Shown here: piece by piece, positions 16,306 through 23,966 of the stretch
Numbering within the stretch: position 1 is the first letter of the stretch
Layout: every line of letters begins with the position of its first letter
Notes under the pieces: generated by a model
What the model was told of the DNA's origin: nothing
Databases searched by the model: none
What the model saw: the letters and a program-made list of their open reading frames with translations, nothing else
Assembly: GCA_965364305.1 (NCBI GenBank)
Contig: CBDTWX010000002.1
Coordinates: 1 to 42,080, forward strand
Direction: 5' to 3'
Source of the DNA: an uncultured Thermoanaerobaculia bacterium
Lineage (GTDB): Bacteria; Acidobacteriota; Thermoanaerobaculia; Thermoanaerobaculales; Sulfomarinibacteraceae
Length of the DNA stretch: 42,080 bases
Program-made: the position numbers and the translations under genes

Positions 16306-18750
16306 ATGAGACTGTTTGGCGTCATCGACAGATTCGTCGTCCGTGAGGTGCTGCCACCCACAATCCTCGGATTCATCACCTACACCTTTCTCGTCGTCAT
16401 GCGCGGGATCTACGGGTTGATCGAGCAAATTCTGGTTCGCGGAGTCTCGGCCGCCGACGCGGGCCACGTCCTTCTCGCGACTCTGCCCCACATCGTGGTG
16501 CTGACAATCCCGATGAGTTTTCTCTTTGGTGTGCTCCTCGCGGTGGGACGGATGAACACCGATAGCGAGCTCGTGGCATTGCAGGCCGCTGGCATCCCGG
16601 TTTCGAGGTTATTGCGTCCGATTCTGTTTCTCGGCCTTGTGCTGACGGGTTTGAACGCCTATCTCTATCTCGAAGTGATCCCCAGATCGAGCCGCGAACT
16701 CCGTGATCTCCGGGTGAAACTCTTCGCGGGTGCAAAAAATCTCGGCAGGATCGAGCCCAAGGTCTTCCACGAAGAGCTCCCGAACGTGCTGCTCTACCTC
16801 CGCGACGTGGACAACGAGTCGGGCGAATGGCGGGACATTCTGTTCTATGACAGCAGCAATCCCGGGGAAGAGCGTCTGACTCTGGCCCAGCGTGGCTCGA
16901 TGGTGACGGCGGACCCCGCGCCGATGACGGACACTGGCGGCATCTCCGGGGAGATGCCGGAGATCGAGCAGTGGATTCGTCTCGAGGATGTGGTGACCCA
17001 CCAGTTCTCACGCGATGATCCGGAGACCTATCGGGTCAACCGAAACCGAACCCAGCTGATCCGCCCTGCGCTCCAGGGCGGAGGGTCAGTCCGTTATCAA
17101 CTCCGCATGGGCGAGCGTGAGACGGGTGAATTGATCGCTTTTGTCGCGGGTGGTGAAATGCCCCGGGGCGAGGGCGAGGAGCCGCTTTCTCAACAGGAAA
17201 TCCTGACCCAACGAAGGCATGCTTCGATCGAGCTCAACCAACGGCTCGCGATCCCATTCGCGTGCGCCGTCTTTGCGTTGCTTGCCCTTCCGTTGGGCGT
17301 CGGAACACGCTCCGGCGGACGCGGTCGAGGATTCGTGATCTCGGTGGCTGTGGTCCTCGTCTATTACCTGGTGAGTAACCAGGGCAAGATGCTAGCCATC
17401 GAAGGAAGCCTCCCCCCTTGGGTCGGGATCTGGTTGCCGAACATCGTGCTTTCGGGAGCCGCACTGTTTCTGATGCGGCGAATGGGACGATGGCTGGGTG
17501 AGCGTGGCCGTCGTGAATCCCTTCTGGGCCGCGGCATCAAATGGTGGCGGCAGTGGCTTCAGAATCGCCGGGATCGAACGGCCGCCGGGCGTGCTCCCAG
17601 CCCGATGACCGGCAGTCTACCGCTGAATATACAGCGTCGTCGTTACGCGACCCGGTTTCCCGCGCTCTTCGACCGATACATAACCCGTCGTCTGATCCCT
17701 CCCCTGCTTCTAGTGCTCGGAAGCACCGCGTTGCTCTACATCGTCATCGACTTGAGCGATCGAGTCGAGGACATGGCAAAGAACGACGTATCATCCAGTG
17801 TGATCTTCGGGTACTACGCGAATCTGATACCCCAGGTCTTCCTCGATGTCACCCCCTTTGCCCTGATGATCGCTGTTCTCATTCTGCTGACGGTTCTCGA
17901 ACGTCAACAGGAGCTGACCGCCCTCAAGGCAGCTGGTATCTCGCTCTTCCGGTTGACCGTCCCGATCCTTCTGATCGCAACGGTGTCGGCTGGAGGACTT
18001 TGGATCCTCGGCGAGATCGTGGTACCCGAAGCCAACCGAGAGGCGCAGCGGTTGCGGGATCGCATCATGGGGCGTGACACCAGACGGTCGTACCGATCTA
18101 GCGACCGCCAGTGGCTGATGTCCCGAGACGACGAGGCGCTTTACAACTTCTTGCGTTTCGACTCCCCATCCAAGACGCTGATCCGATTCACGCTCTTTCG
18201 AATCGATGATCATATGAAGCTCAAGTTCCACCTCTTTTCGCGCCGGGTGCGCTATCTGGATGGTCTCTGGATCGCCGATTCGGGTTGGTTTCGACAGATA
18301 TTCCCGGACGGCACCGACGAGTACCGGAGAATCGACAGTCCCATGATGCTCGATATTCCCGAAGACCCAGATTACTTTGGTCAGGAGTATCGCACCCCGG
18401 CGGAGATGTCCCTCGGCGAGCTCGGCGACTATATCGACGAGCTGATCGATTCTGGATACCGTCCGAGCAAGCTGATCGTTCGATGGCACCAGAAGCTGAC
18501 CTACCCGCTTTCTGCTTTCGTGATGGTGCTCTTGGCCCTTCCCTTCGGTCTGAGCAGAGGTGGGCGCCGGGTCAGCACGATGCAGGGAGTGGCAGTCGCG
18601 CTCGTCCTTGGGATCGCTTATATGATGCTCGTGTCTCTGTTCTCAAAGCTGGGCGAGGTGGAGGTTCTGCCGCCGGTCGTCGGCGCCTGGGCGCCGTTTG
18701 TTCTCGCGACCCTCTTCGCGATCAATCGACTGACTGGACTGCGGACATAG
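16306..18750 (+). CDS. fused LptF-LptG LPS export permease (two YjgP/YjgQ modules in one 814-aa ORF)
   Basis: Both halves start with the family N-terminal pattern: IDRFVVREVLPPTILGFITYTFLVVM at the N-terminus, and FDRYITRRLIPPLLLVLGSTALLYIVIDL at about residue 455. Each half has multiple TM helices and a central periplasmic insert. They are joined by an Arg-rich linker. Confidence 0.8.
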   Translation: MRLFGVIDRFVVREVLPPTILGFITYTFLVVMRGIYGLIEQILVRGVSAADAGHVLLATLPHIVVLTIPMSFLFGVLLAVGRMNTDSELVALQAAGIPVSRLLRPILFLGLVLTGLNAYLYLEVIPRSSRELRDLRVKLFAGAKNLGRIEPKVFHEELPNVLLYLRDVDNESGEWRDILFYDSSNPGEERLTLAQRGSMVTADPAPMTDTGGISGEMPEIEQWIRLEDVVTHQFSRDDPETYRVNRNRTQLIRPALQGGGSVRYQLRMGERETGELIAFVAGGEMPRGEGEEPLSQQEILTQRRHASIELNQRLAIPFACAVFALLALPLGVGTRSGGRGRGFVISVAVVLVYYLVSNQGKMLAIEGSLPPWVGIWLPNIVLSGAALFLMRRMGRWLGERGRRESLLGRGIKWWRQWLQNRRDRTAAGRAPSPMTGSLPLNIQRRRYATRFPALFDRYITRRLIPPLLLVLGSTALLYIVIDLSDRVEDMAKNDVSSSVIFGYYANLIPQVFLDVTPFALMIAVLILLTVLERQQELTALKAAGISLFRLTVPILLIATVSAGGLWILGEIVVPEANREAQRLRDRIMGRDTRRSYRSSDRQWLMSRDDEALYNFLRFDSPSKTLIRFTLFRIDDHMKLKFHLFSRRVRYLDGLWIADSGWFRQIFPDGTDEYRRIDSPMMLDIPEDPDYFGQEYRTPAEMSLGELGDYIDELIDSGYRPSKLIVRWHQKLTYPLSAFVMVLLALPFGLSRGGRRVSTMQGVAVALVLGIAYMMLVSLFSKLGEVEVLPPVVGAWAPFVLATLFAINRLTGLRT

Positions 18751-18758
18751 CCCGACCC

Positions 18759-18778
18759 GATGTCGGCATGCCGACATC
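18759..18778. promoter_or_regulatory. 20-bp perfect palindrome GATGTCGGCATGCCGACATC, second copy of the parB-internal palindrome
   Basis: It begins 9 nt after the lptFG stop codon. There is no T-tract after it, so it is a poor intrinsic terminator. Confidence 0.35.
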
Positions 18779-18780
18779 TT

Positions 18781-18852
18781 GAATTAGGAATTCGGAATTC
18801 CCGCCCACCCTCCCCCGCAGAAACCGCAGATCAGGCAGATAAACGCAGATCC
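18781..18852 (-). repeat. composite intergenic repeat, minus orientation: ATCTGCG-type tandem module, G4 core GGGGGAGGGTGGGCGGG, and AATTCCGAATTCC module
   Basis: The reverse complement reads GGATCTGCGTTTATCTGCCTGATCTGCGGTTTCTGC GGGGGAGGGTGGGCGGG AATTCCGAATTCCTAATTC. It is homologous to 21752-21799 and to the cores at 245-260 and 33314-33328. Confidence 0.75.
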
Positions 18853-18860
18853 CGTCCCTT

Positions 18861-19130
18861 TCATGTGTTTGGATGGAGCAACCGCCAGGTCATCGCACGA
18901 ACCTCGTCGAAGAGCTGTAAGGCGGTGGTTGCCTTTGCGCAACGCACCGCACCTGAAACGCAAAGAAGCCTGAGGTGACAGTCCACCTCCTCTGCCGAAG
19001 CATAGGCAATCCGCCAGTGGTGAATTCGATCTCTTCCGATCCTGCCGTGGCCCTCCGCGAGGTTGGTTGTGTCAAGGGTCGGAACGACCGGGCTCCGAGG
19101 CCGGCTTGCCCTTGACACAAACAACCTCAA
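18861..19130 (-). pseudogene. four-helix-bundle protein (23S rRNA IVS / Avd-like family), probably N-terminally truncated
   Basis: The C-terminal 65 aa or so (TNLAEGHGRIGRDRIHHWRIAYASAEEVDCHLRLL ... LQLFDEVRAMTWRLLHP) fit the family. The first 25 aa or so are encoded by the long inverted repeat at 19059-19128 and do not resemble the family's first two helices. Confidence 0.55.
19059..19128. repeat. long inverted repeat: 20-nt arms with 19 of 20 positions complementary, 30-nt spacer
   Basis: The left arm is GAGGTTGGTTGTGTCAAGGG (19059-19078). The right arm is CCCTTGACACAAACAACCTC (19109-19128). Confidence 0.8.
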
Positions 19131-19192
19131 AGGCTACCCACACCCCATGAACGACCCGGAGGTGACCATGTCGCGGTTCCCGCTGGCCACTA

Positions 19193-19280
19193 TCGCTGCA
19201 TCCTGTCGCTGCTCCCTGATTGCTGTCGCTGACGCTGATTCCTGCCTCTGTTGGCTGCCGGTGACGCTGATCCTGCTCTC
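19193..19280 (+). repeat. CTG-phased short-period tandem module of the composite repeat family
   Basis: CTGCATCCTGTCGCTGCTCCCTGATTGCTGTCGCTGACGCTGATTCCTGCCTCTGTTGGCTGCCGGTGACGCTGATCCTGCTC. It shares the 13-mer GCTGATTCCTGCC with 35596-35608. Confidence 0.75.
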
Positions 19281-19285
19281 CGGTC

Positions 19286-20398
19286 TCATGCAGGTGATCT
19301 GATCAAAGACCTCGCCGCAAGAACATGAAACCGTCGCCGCAGCGGATTGAGATCGATCTCCCTTTGTTCTGGATGGTTGCGGTTGGTCAGGAGAACGAAG
19401 ATCCCCCGACTGGATGGATCGACCCATACCGAAACCCCGGTGAAACCGGTGTGCCCGAACGAATGCGGGGAAAGCCCAGTGCCGGCTGAACTTCCAACGG
19501 TCGAAGCCTTCTGCCAACCGAGACCGCGCTCCTGTTCGAGCCCAGAGGTATAGGAGGAAGTCACCGCACCAGCTTCCTCTGAGGACAACAGCTGGCCCGC
19601 TTCGGGAAGGTACTCGGCCGCCAACCTAGCCACGCCTGCGGCGGTGCCGAACAGACCTGCGTTTCCGGCCACTCCATCCAGGAACCGGGCGTTGCCGTCA
19701 TCCGGCAGTCCCGGAGCCATCGGCGGGATCCACCGAGGGCTGAGCCCGAGTTCGCGAACCAATCGTCGCTCGACCGCTGCGACGCTCGCCCCACCCGCAA
19801 CCGGCTGAGCGCCAGGATCGGGTCGGAAACCGAGATCGGCGACGAGATCGAGGGTATCCAAGACTTTTCGCCGGAAGAGACGATCGAGACTGGTTGCGGA
19901 GACCCGAACGAGGATCATTCCTAGAATCACGAAGCCGACGCACGAGTAAACCACCCGCGACCCGGGCGCCGCCTCGAGTTCGATGTCTCCGAGACGGCGC
20001 AGCAGATTCTCAGGTCTGCCTTCGGAAACGCAGTAGAGCGGGAGCCAGGCCGGCAGGCCGGAGGTGTGGGTGAGGAGCTGTCGAATTTGAAGAGATCCCA
20101 CGGCAGTGTCCCTCACCTCGTCAAGAACCTCCCCCACCGTGGTCTTCAGGGCTAAAGCGGCGCTCCTGAATGCCAGCACGGTGAGCGTCGTCGTGACCAA
20201 CGGTTTGGTGAGCGAGGCGAGATCGAACCAGGTTCGCTCGGACACTGCCGCCTTCTCGGGTCTCAGGGCAGATACTCCCACTGCTTCCCGAGATCCTCTG
20301 TCCCCGGCCCTCTTCCAACTCGCGACCATCGCCGGCGCCAAACCGGCCGTTCGCCCCCGTTCGAGGAGTTGTTGAATTTCGCCGATCGCATTACCCAT
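19286..20398 (-). CDS. serine hydrolase, beta-lactamase / penicillin-binding-protein family
   Basis: The active-site SxxK motif lies in FDLASLTKPLVTT, and the protein has class-C-like length. The ATG at 20398 (MGNAIGEIQQLL) overlaps the upstream thioesterase stop by 8 nt. The track start at 20452 is an alternative. Confidence 0.8.
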   Translation of the reverse strand: MGNAIGEIQQLLERGRTAGLAPAMVASWKRAGDRGSREAVGVSALRPEKAAVSERTWFDLASLTKPLVTTTLTVLAFRSAALALKTTVGEVLDEVRDTAVGSLQIRQLLTHTSGLPAWLPLYCVSEGRPENLLRRLGDIELEAAPGSRVVYSCVGFVILGMILVRVSATSLDRLFRRKVLDTLDLVADLGFRPDPGAQPVAGGASVAAVERRLVRELGLSPRWIPPMAPGLPDDGNARFLDGVAGNAGLFGTAAGVARLAAEYLPEAGQLLSSEEAGAVTSSYTSGLEQERGLGWQKASTVGSSAGTGLSPHSFGHTGFTGVSVWVDPSSRGIFVLLTNRNHPEQREIDLNPLRRRFHVLAARSLIRSPA

Positions 20399-20789
20399 TC
20401 GGTCGAACTTTTGCGGCGTCGAGGGGCAACGGCCGATTGTCCCGGTCGACATTGACGTAGGTGATCTCAGCTTCCGTCACCTCAACCTCATCGCCTCGGT
20501 CCAGGTCGCGGGAGGCCCTGACCAGTACCCGCACGGTGACCGAGGTGCGACCGACTCGCACCAGCTGGGTAAAGAACGACACGAGGTTTCCGACGAACAC
20601 CGGTTCGTGGAATACCACCTCCTTCATCGCGACGGTCACCACCCTTCGAGCCCCGTGGCAGCGAGTCTCCTCCGCACCGGCCTGGTCCATATAGGAGAGG
20701 ATCACGCCGCCAAAGATGGTACCCGCGGGGTTCGTGTCCCGCGGCATCATCAGAACCCTGGTTTTTGGCTGCAGACGGCTGTCCTCCAT
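20391..20789 (-). CDS. acyl-CoA thioesterase, hotdog fold (YciA-like)
   Basis: MMPRDTNPAGTIFGGVILSYMDQAGA is a typical motif. The ATG at 20789 is preceded by GGGGAGGAG. The longer track ORF adds an Arg-rich extension that is unlikely to be real. Confidence 0.8.
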   Translation of the reverse strand: MEDSRLQPKTRVLMMPRDTNPAGTIFGGVILSYMDQAGAEETRCHGARRVVTVAMKEVVFHEPVFVGNLVSFFTQLVRVGRTSVTVRVLVRASRDLDRGDEVEVTEAEITYVNVDRDNRPLPLDAAKVRPNG

Positions 20790-20968
20790 GACTCCTCCCC
20801 TCGCGTGCCCGGACCTCGTGCCGAGTATATCCGTCTCCTCCCTTGCCCGTGCCCGTCTCCGTTTCCGTATCCGCACAGAAGAAATATTAAATCATTTGAA
20901 ATCAATTATTTAACCTACATTTTGCAGATATTTTGACTCCATCCGCCGTCTCCCCCCATACTCTGTCC

Positions 20969-21502
20969 ATGGTCTGGATCCCAGAGATGGCCCGCAAACG
21001 ACCCGCACAGGCTCTCGAATTGCGCTATCAGATCGCCACGTTCGTACCCCCAATCGAGACCGAGATGAGAATCAGGGAAGCGGTTCACGCCTCCGGTCTC
21101 ACGGTTGCCGGCAGTGCCGCCGACGGTTGGCGCTTGAGTCTTCCCGGCCGCACTCGGGTCTACGGTGTGATCTCTCGGGAGATCGACGAGGTCGTTGATC
21201 TTCACCTCCTCCGCGATGCCGAGGCCTGGGAACTGAGGATCCGTTGCGAACCTCTCGAAACCCACGCCGCCCATGCGGCCGGTCTTGCCGGTGTCATTCT
21301 GATAGCCGTTGCAGCCTGGTTCGCTGGCGGGTTCTCCGGCGGAATGTTGCCGGGGGTGACCACCGTGATTTCCGGCTCCCTCCTCGTCGAGGTCACGCGC
21401 CAGTGGGCCTTCAACGAGCTTTACGGCCGGCTGAGGAGACTGGTCGGCGACGTCGGCAGCGCCCTGTGGCCCGGGGTGCCGGCTCAGATCGTTGACGCCT
21501 AG
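20969..21502 (+). CDS. hypothetical membrane protein
   Basis: An ORF with a soluble N-terminal part and one or two hydrophobic helices (GLAGVILIAVAAWFAGGFSGGMLPGVTTVISGSLLV). I recognise no family and the start is uncertain (20933, 20969 or 20987). Confidence 0.4.
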   Translation: MVWIPEMARKRPAQALELRYQIATFVPPIETEMRIREAVHASGLTVAGSAADGWRLSLPGRTRVYGVISREIDEVVDLHLLRDAEAWELRIRCEPLETHAAHAAGLAGVILIAVAAWFAGGFSGGMLPGVTTVISGSLLVEVTRQWAFNELYGRLRRLVGDVGSALWPGVPAQIVDA

Positions 21503-21751
21503 CCCGGACTATTCACCAGCGTTCGAAGCGAAAGGTTCGAGGTGACGTGCCCAGGGTCGTTTTCGACCCGAGGGGCGCGGAGGCGTACGTGACAGTACGT
21601 CGAGCGCCCCGAGGCGAGAAAACGGCGCTGGGTGCGGTGCATCGGGCCTTGCAGCCGAAGATCGGTGATAGGAACCCCAGCCGACTGCGACAGAGATCAG
21701 CGACATTCTTTTGCGGCATGCGACAGCGATCCCCAAAACGACCGTTGATGA

Positions 21752-21799
21752 TATCTGCGTCCATCTGCGTCATCTGTGGGCAATGTCGGGTGGGCGGGG
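21752..21799 (+). repeat. composite repeat copy: ATCTGCGT tandem module plus GGGTGGGCGGGG core
   Basis: ATCTGCGTCCATCTGCGTCATCTGTGGGCAATGTCGGGTGGGCGGGG parallels the reverse complement of 18800-18850. Confidence 0.7.
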
Positions 21800-21832
21800 C
21801 TTGTCGAGTGAGGCGTGCGATCTGTCGAAAGA

Positions 21833-22381
21833 TCAGTCGGCGGTGAGGACCTCATCCTTCACCAGCTCCTCCGGGTCGGGGAGATCTTCCGCCTTCTCGA
21901 GCCCGAAATGGACCAGGAACTCACGCGAAGTGCGGTAAAGGAATGGTTTCCCGACGACCTTTTTTCGCCCCGCCATGCGGAGCAGCTTTCGGTCGAGAAG
22001 GGTTCGAACCACGCTTGCGGAGTTGGCCCCGCGAATGAAATTGATCTCGGGTAGCGTCACTGGCTGACGGTGGGCGGCGATCGCCAGGACCTCGAGCGCG
22101 GCCTGCGAAAGCCGCTGCCGGGCCGCGATGCCATGAAAGGACCGCAGATAGGGATCGAGGGCGGGTGGAGTCGTGCATCTCCAACCGTCGGCCACCTTTT
22201 CCAGGCGGAGACCGCTGTCCGGCCGGTCCCACCTCTCGGCAACTGATTCAAATACCTCGAGCAGTTCCTCTTCTCCAATCCCCTTTTCGTCGATAGCCTC
22301 GGCAACAGCGGCCACGGCCACAGGTCCAGTCGCGGTCAACAGGATCGATTCGATCGTTGCGGTCAAGGTGGCCTTATCCAC
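21833..22381 (-). CDS. scpB: segregation and condensation protein B
   Basis: IESILLTATGPVAVAAVAEAI plus tandem winged-helix motifs (LSQAALEVLAIAAHRQPVTLPEINFIRGANSASVVRTLLDRKLL, GKPFLYRTSREFLVHFGL). GTG at 22381 overlaps the scpA stop. GTG at 22429 is an alternative start. Confidence 0.85.
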   Translation of the reverse strand: MDKATLTATIESILLTATGPVAVAAVAEAIDEKGIGEEELLEVFESVAERWDRPDSGLRLEKVADGWRCTTPPALDPYLRSFHGIAARQRLSQAALEVLAIAAHRQPVTLPEINFIRGANSASVVRTLLDRKLLRMAGRKKVVGKPFLYRTSREFLVHFGLEKAEDLPDPEELVKDEVLTAD

Positions 22382-23189
22382 CGTTGTCTTCCCTGAGCAT
22401 GAGCTCCCGGGATGCAAGCTCACGATCACCCGGCCTCAGATAGATCTCGGAAAACGCCTTGCGCTGCTCGGCGAAGACTCCGCGCAGTCGGACCAGCTCG
22501 AGGGCCGCTACCATCACAGTTGCGACCTCTACCGGGTCCGACCGCGAGTTGAGCTCCCTCAAGAGTGGCACCAGTCCGTCTGACCGCACGCGGTGGTAGA
22601 TGTCGGCCATCTTGTCCTCGACGCGGTATCGCAGTGGGAGAACCTCGATTGGAGGCGGATGGGAGGCGGCGAAGCGCTGCATCACAAGGAGGTAGGTTTC
22701 AGCAAGGACCCTCAGATCCACGTCTTCCCAGTCCAGCTCGGGGTCCGTCGGCGGACGCGATCCGGCATCGAGAATGGGGGTCCACAAACACCGGCGAACG
22801 ATATCACTGTCGTGTAAAAGCGACGCCAGCTCCTTGACCCGCCGGTACGCGAGCAGTCGCTCCACCAGCTCCTCGCGCGGGTCTTCCTCTCCTTCCACCG
22901 CTTGCGGAAGGAGCATTTTCGATTTCAGGTGCAGGAGCCACGAGGCCATCCACAGAAAATCGCCGGCAATATCCAGATCGAGCTCCTGCATCTTCTGCAG
23001 GTGGGCGTGATATTGATCGCAGATGCTGAGAATCGGGATGTCGTAGATCGACACCTCGTTCTTTCGGATCAGGTGCAGCAAAAGATCGAGCGGCCCCGAA
23101 AAGACCGTCAACTCGATCGGCGGACGCTGCGGTTCGTCAACAACCATGACCACGGCGGGGAGTATACAGATCTGGGCAAGCTTCGGCAT
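22374..23189 (-). CDS. scpA: segregation and condensation protein A
   Basis: FSGPLDLLLHLIRKNEVSIYDIPILSICDQY and LWMASWLLHLKSKMLLP are typical ScpA motifs. The start is ATG at 23189 (MPKLAQ) or 23147 (MVVDEPQ). The 425-aa track ORF adds an Arg/Pro-rich extension that I reject. Confidence 0.85.
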   Translation of the reverse strand: MPKLAQICILPAVVMVVDEPQRPPIELTVFSGPLDLLLHLIRKNEVSIYDIPILSICDQYHAHLQKMQELDLDIAGDFLWMASWLLHLKSKMLLPQAVEGEEDPREELVERLLAYRRVKELASLLHDSDIVRRCLWTPILDAGSRPPTDPELDWEDVDLRVLAETYLLVMQRFAASHPPPIEVLPLRYRVEDKMADIYHRVRSDGLVPLLRELNSRSDPVEVATVMVAALELVRLRGVFAEQRKAFSEIYLRPGDRELASRELMLREDNGG

Positions 23190-23313
23190 CTCACCAACTC
23201 CCATCTCCGTGCCCGATCGACACGATGCGAGATGCTGGATCCGCCTCATTCCTGCTTCTGAATTCATCCTCCCTCCCCCGCTCCCCAGTTCCCATTTCGG
23301 ACCTCGGGACGCG

Positions 23314-23322
23314 GTGCTAGAA
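23314..23322 (+). promoter_or_regulatory. extended -10 element TGcTAGAAT upstream of the exonuclease gene
   Basis: TG at 23314-23315 and TAGAAT at 23317-23322. AGGAGG at 23343-23348 lies 5 nt before the TTG start at 23354. Confidence 0.3.
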
Positions 23323-23353
23323 TCGAGCCCGCACGGCGACACAGGAGGTTGGC

Positions 23354-23950
23354 TTGGAGCATTGGGACGGCCAGATGGACCTGTTCGATCAGAATCCTCA
23401 GCGTGAGGTTCCAAAGGATCAGAAGGTCGTCGTCTTCGACCTCGAAACGCAACGCTCGTTTGAGGAGGTCGGCGGGAGGAGCCAGTTCCACCGGCTCGGC
23501 GTTTCGGTCGGGGTTGCCTATCGTTACGACAGGGACGAGTTCCTCGTGGTGACCGAAGAAACGATCCAAGAGCTCGTCTCGCTGCTGACCGACGCGGATC
23601 TCGTGGTCGGCTACAACATCTTGGGATTTGACTACGAGGTCTTGCGCGCATACACCGAACAGGATCTCAAGGACCTCCCGACCTTCGATCTCATGTATGA
23701 CCTTGAGGAACGTCTCGGTTTCCGTCCGAAGCTCGAGAGCGTCGCGTCGGCGACCCTCGGCGAAGGCAAGAGCGCTGACGGCATGCAGGCGCTTGAGTGG
23801 TGGCGATCTGGCGAGATCGACAAGATCATCGAGTACTGCCGGGAGGATGTGCGGGTGACCCGTGATCTGTACGACTTCGGCAAGCGCAACCGGTGGATCC
23901 GAGTTGGACGATTCGGTGGCAAACCGCGAAAGGTCGAGGTCAACTGGTAG
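23354..23950 (+). CDS. RNase H-like / DEDD-type 3'-5' exonuclease (PolB-exonuclease-like, YprB-type)
   Basis: Exo I is VVVFDLET, Exo II is VVGYNILGFDYEVL, and Exo III is IIEYCREDVRVTRDLY. Confidence 0.6.
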   Translation: MEHWDGQMDLFDQNPQREVPKDQKVVVFDLETQRSFEEVGGRSQFHRLGVSVGVAYRYDRDEFLVVTEETIQELVSLLTDADLVVGYNILGFDYEVLRAYTEQDLKDLPTFDLMYDLEERLGFRPKLESVASATLGEGKSADGMQALEWWRSGEIDKIIEYCREDVRVTRDLYDFGKRNRWIRVGRFGGKPRKVEVNW

Positions 23951-23966
23951 CGCTGGGCACCGAAAT

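Noticed and set aside
16085-16309. 74-aa ORF in the parB-lptFG gap.
   Set aside because: It lies in the AT-rich, repeat-containing gap, and its composition is unlike the surrounding genes. It has no Shine-Dalgarno or family resemblance. It is better explained as regulatory or origin-like DNA.
18751-19285. A mobile element, prophage or defence island between lptFG and the serine hydrolase.
   Set aside because: No transposase, integrase, reverse transcriptase, nuclease or NTPase gene is present. There is only a truncated four-helix-bundle gene, a hairpin and family repeats. I treat it as a decayed remnant rather than an active system.
22001-22010. tRNA T-loop-like strings GGTTCGAACC (22001-22010) and GGGTTCGAAGCC (about 31022-31033).
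   Set aside because: Both lie inside well-supported coding regions. Neither has flanking acceptor, D-arm or anticodon-arm complementarity that I could fold by eye.
23190-23651. Long N-terminal extensions of track ORFs for scpA (to 23651), cheR (to 25499), mcp (to 30231), the COG2403 gene (to 33311) and guaA (to 35197).
   Set aside because: The extensions run through intergenic repeats or neighbouring genes and are low-complexity. Internal ATG or GTG codons give N-termini that match the families. Several of these also form ATGA or GTGA overlaps with the upstream gene.
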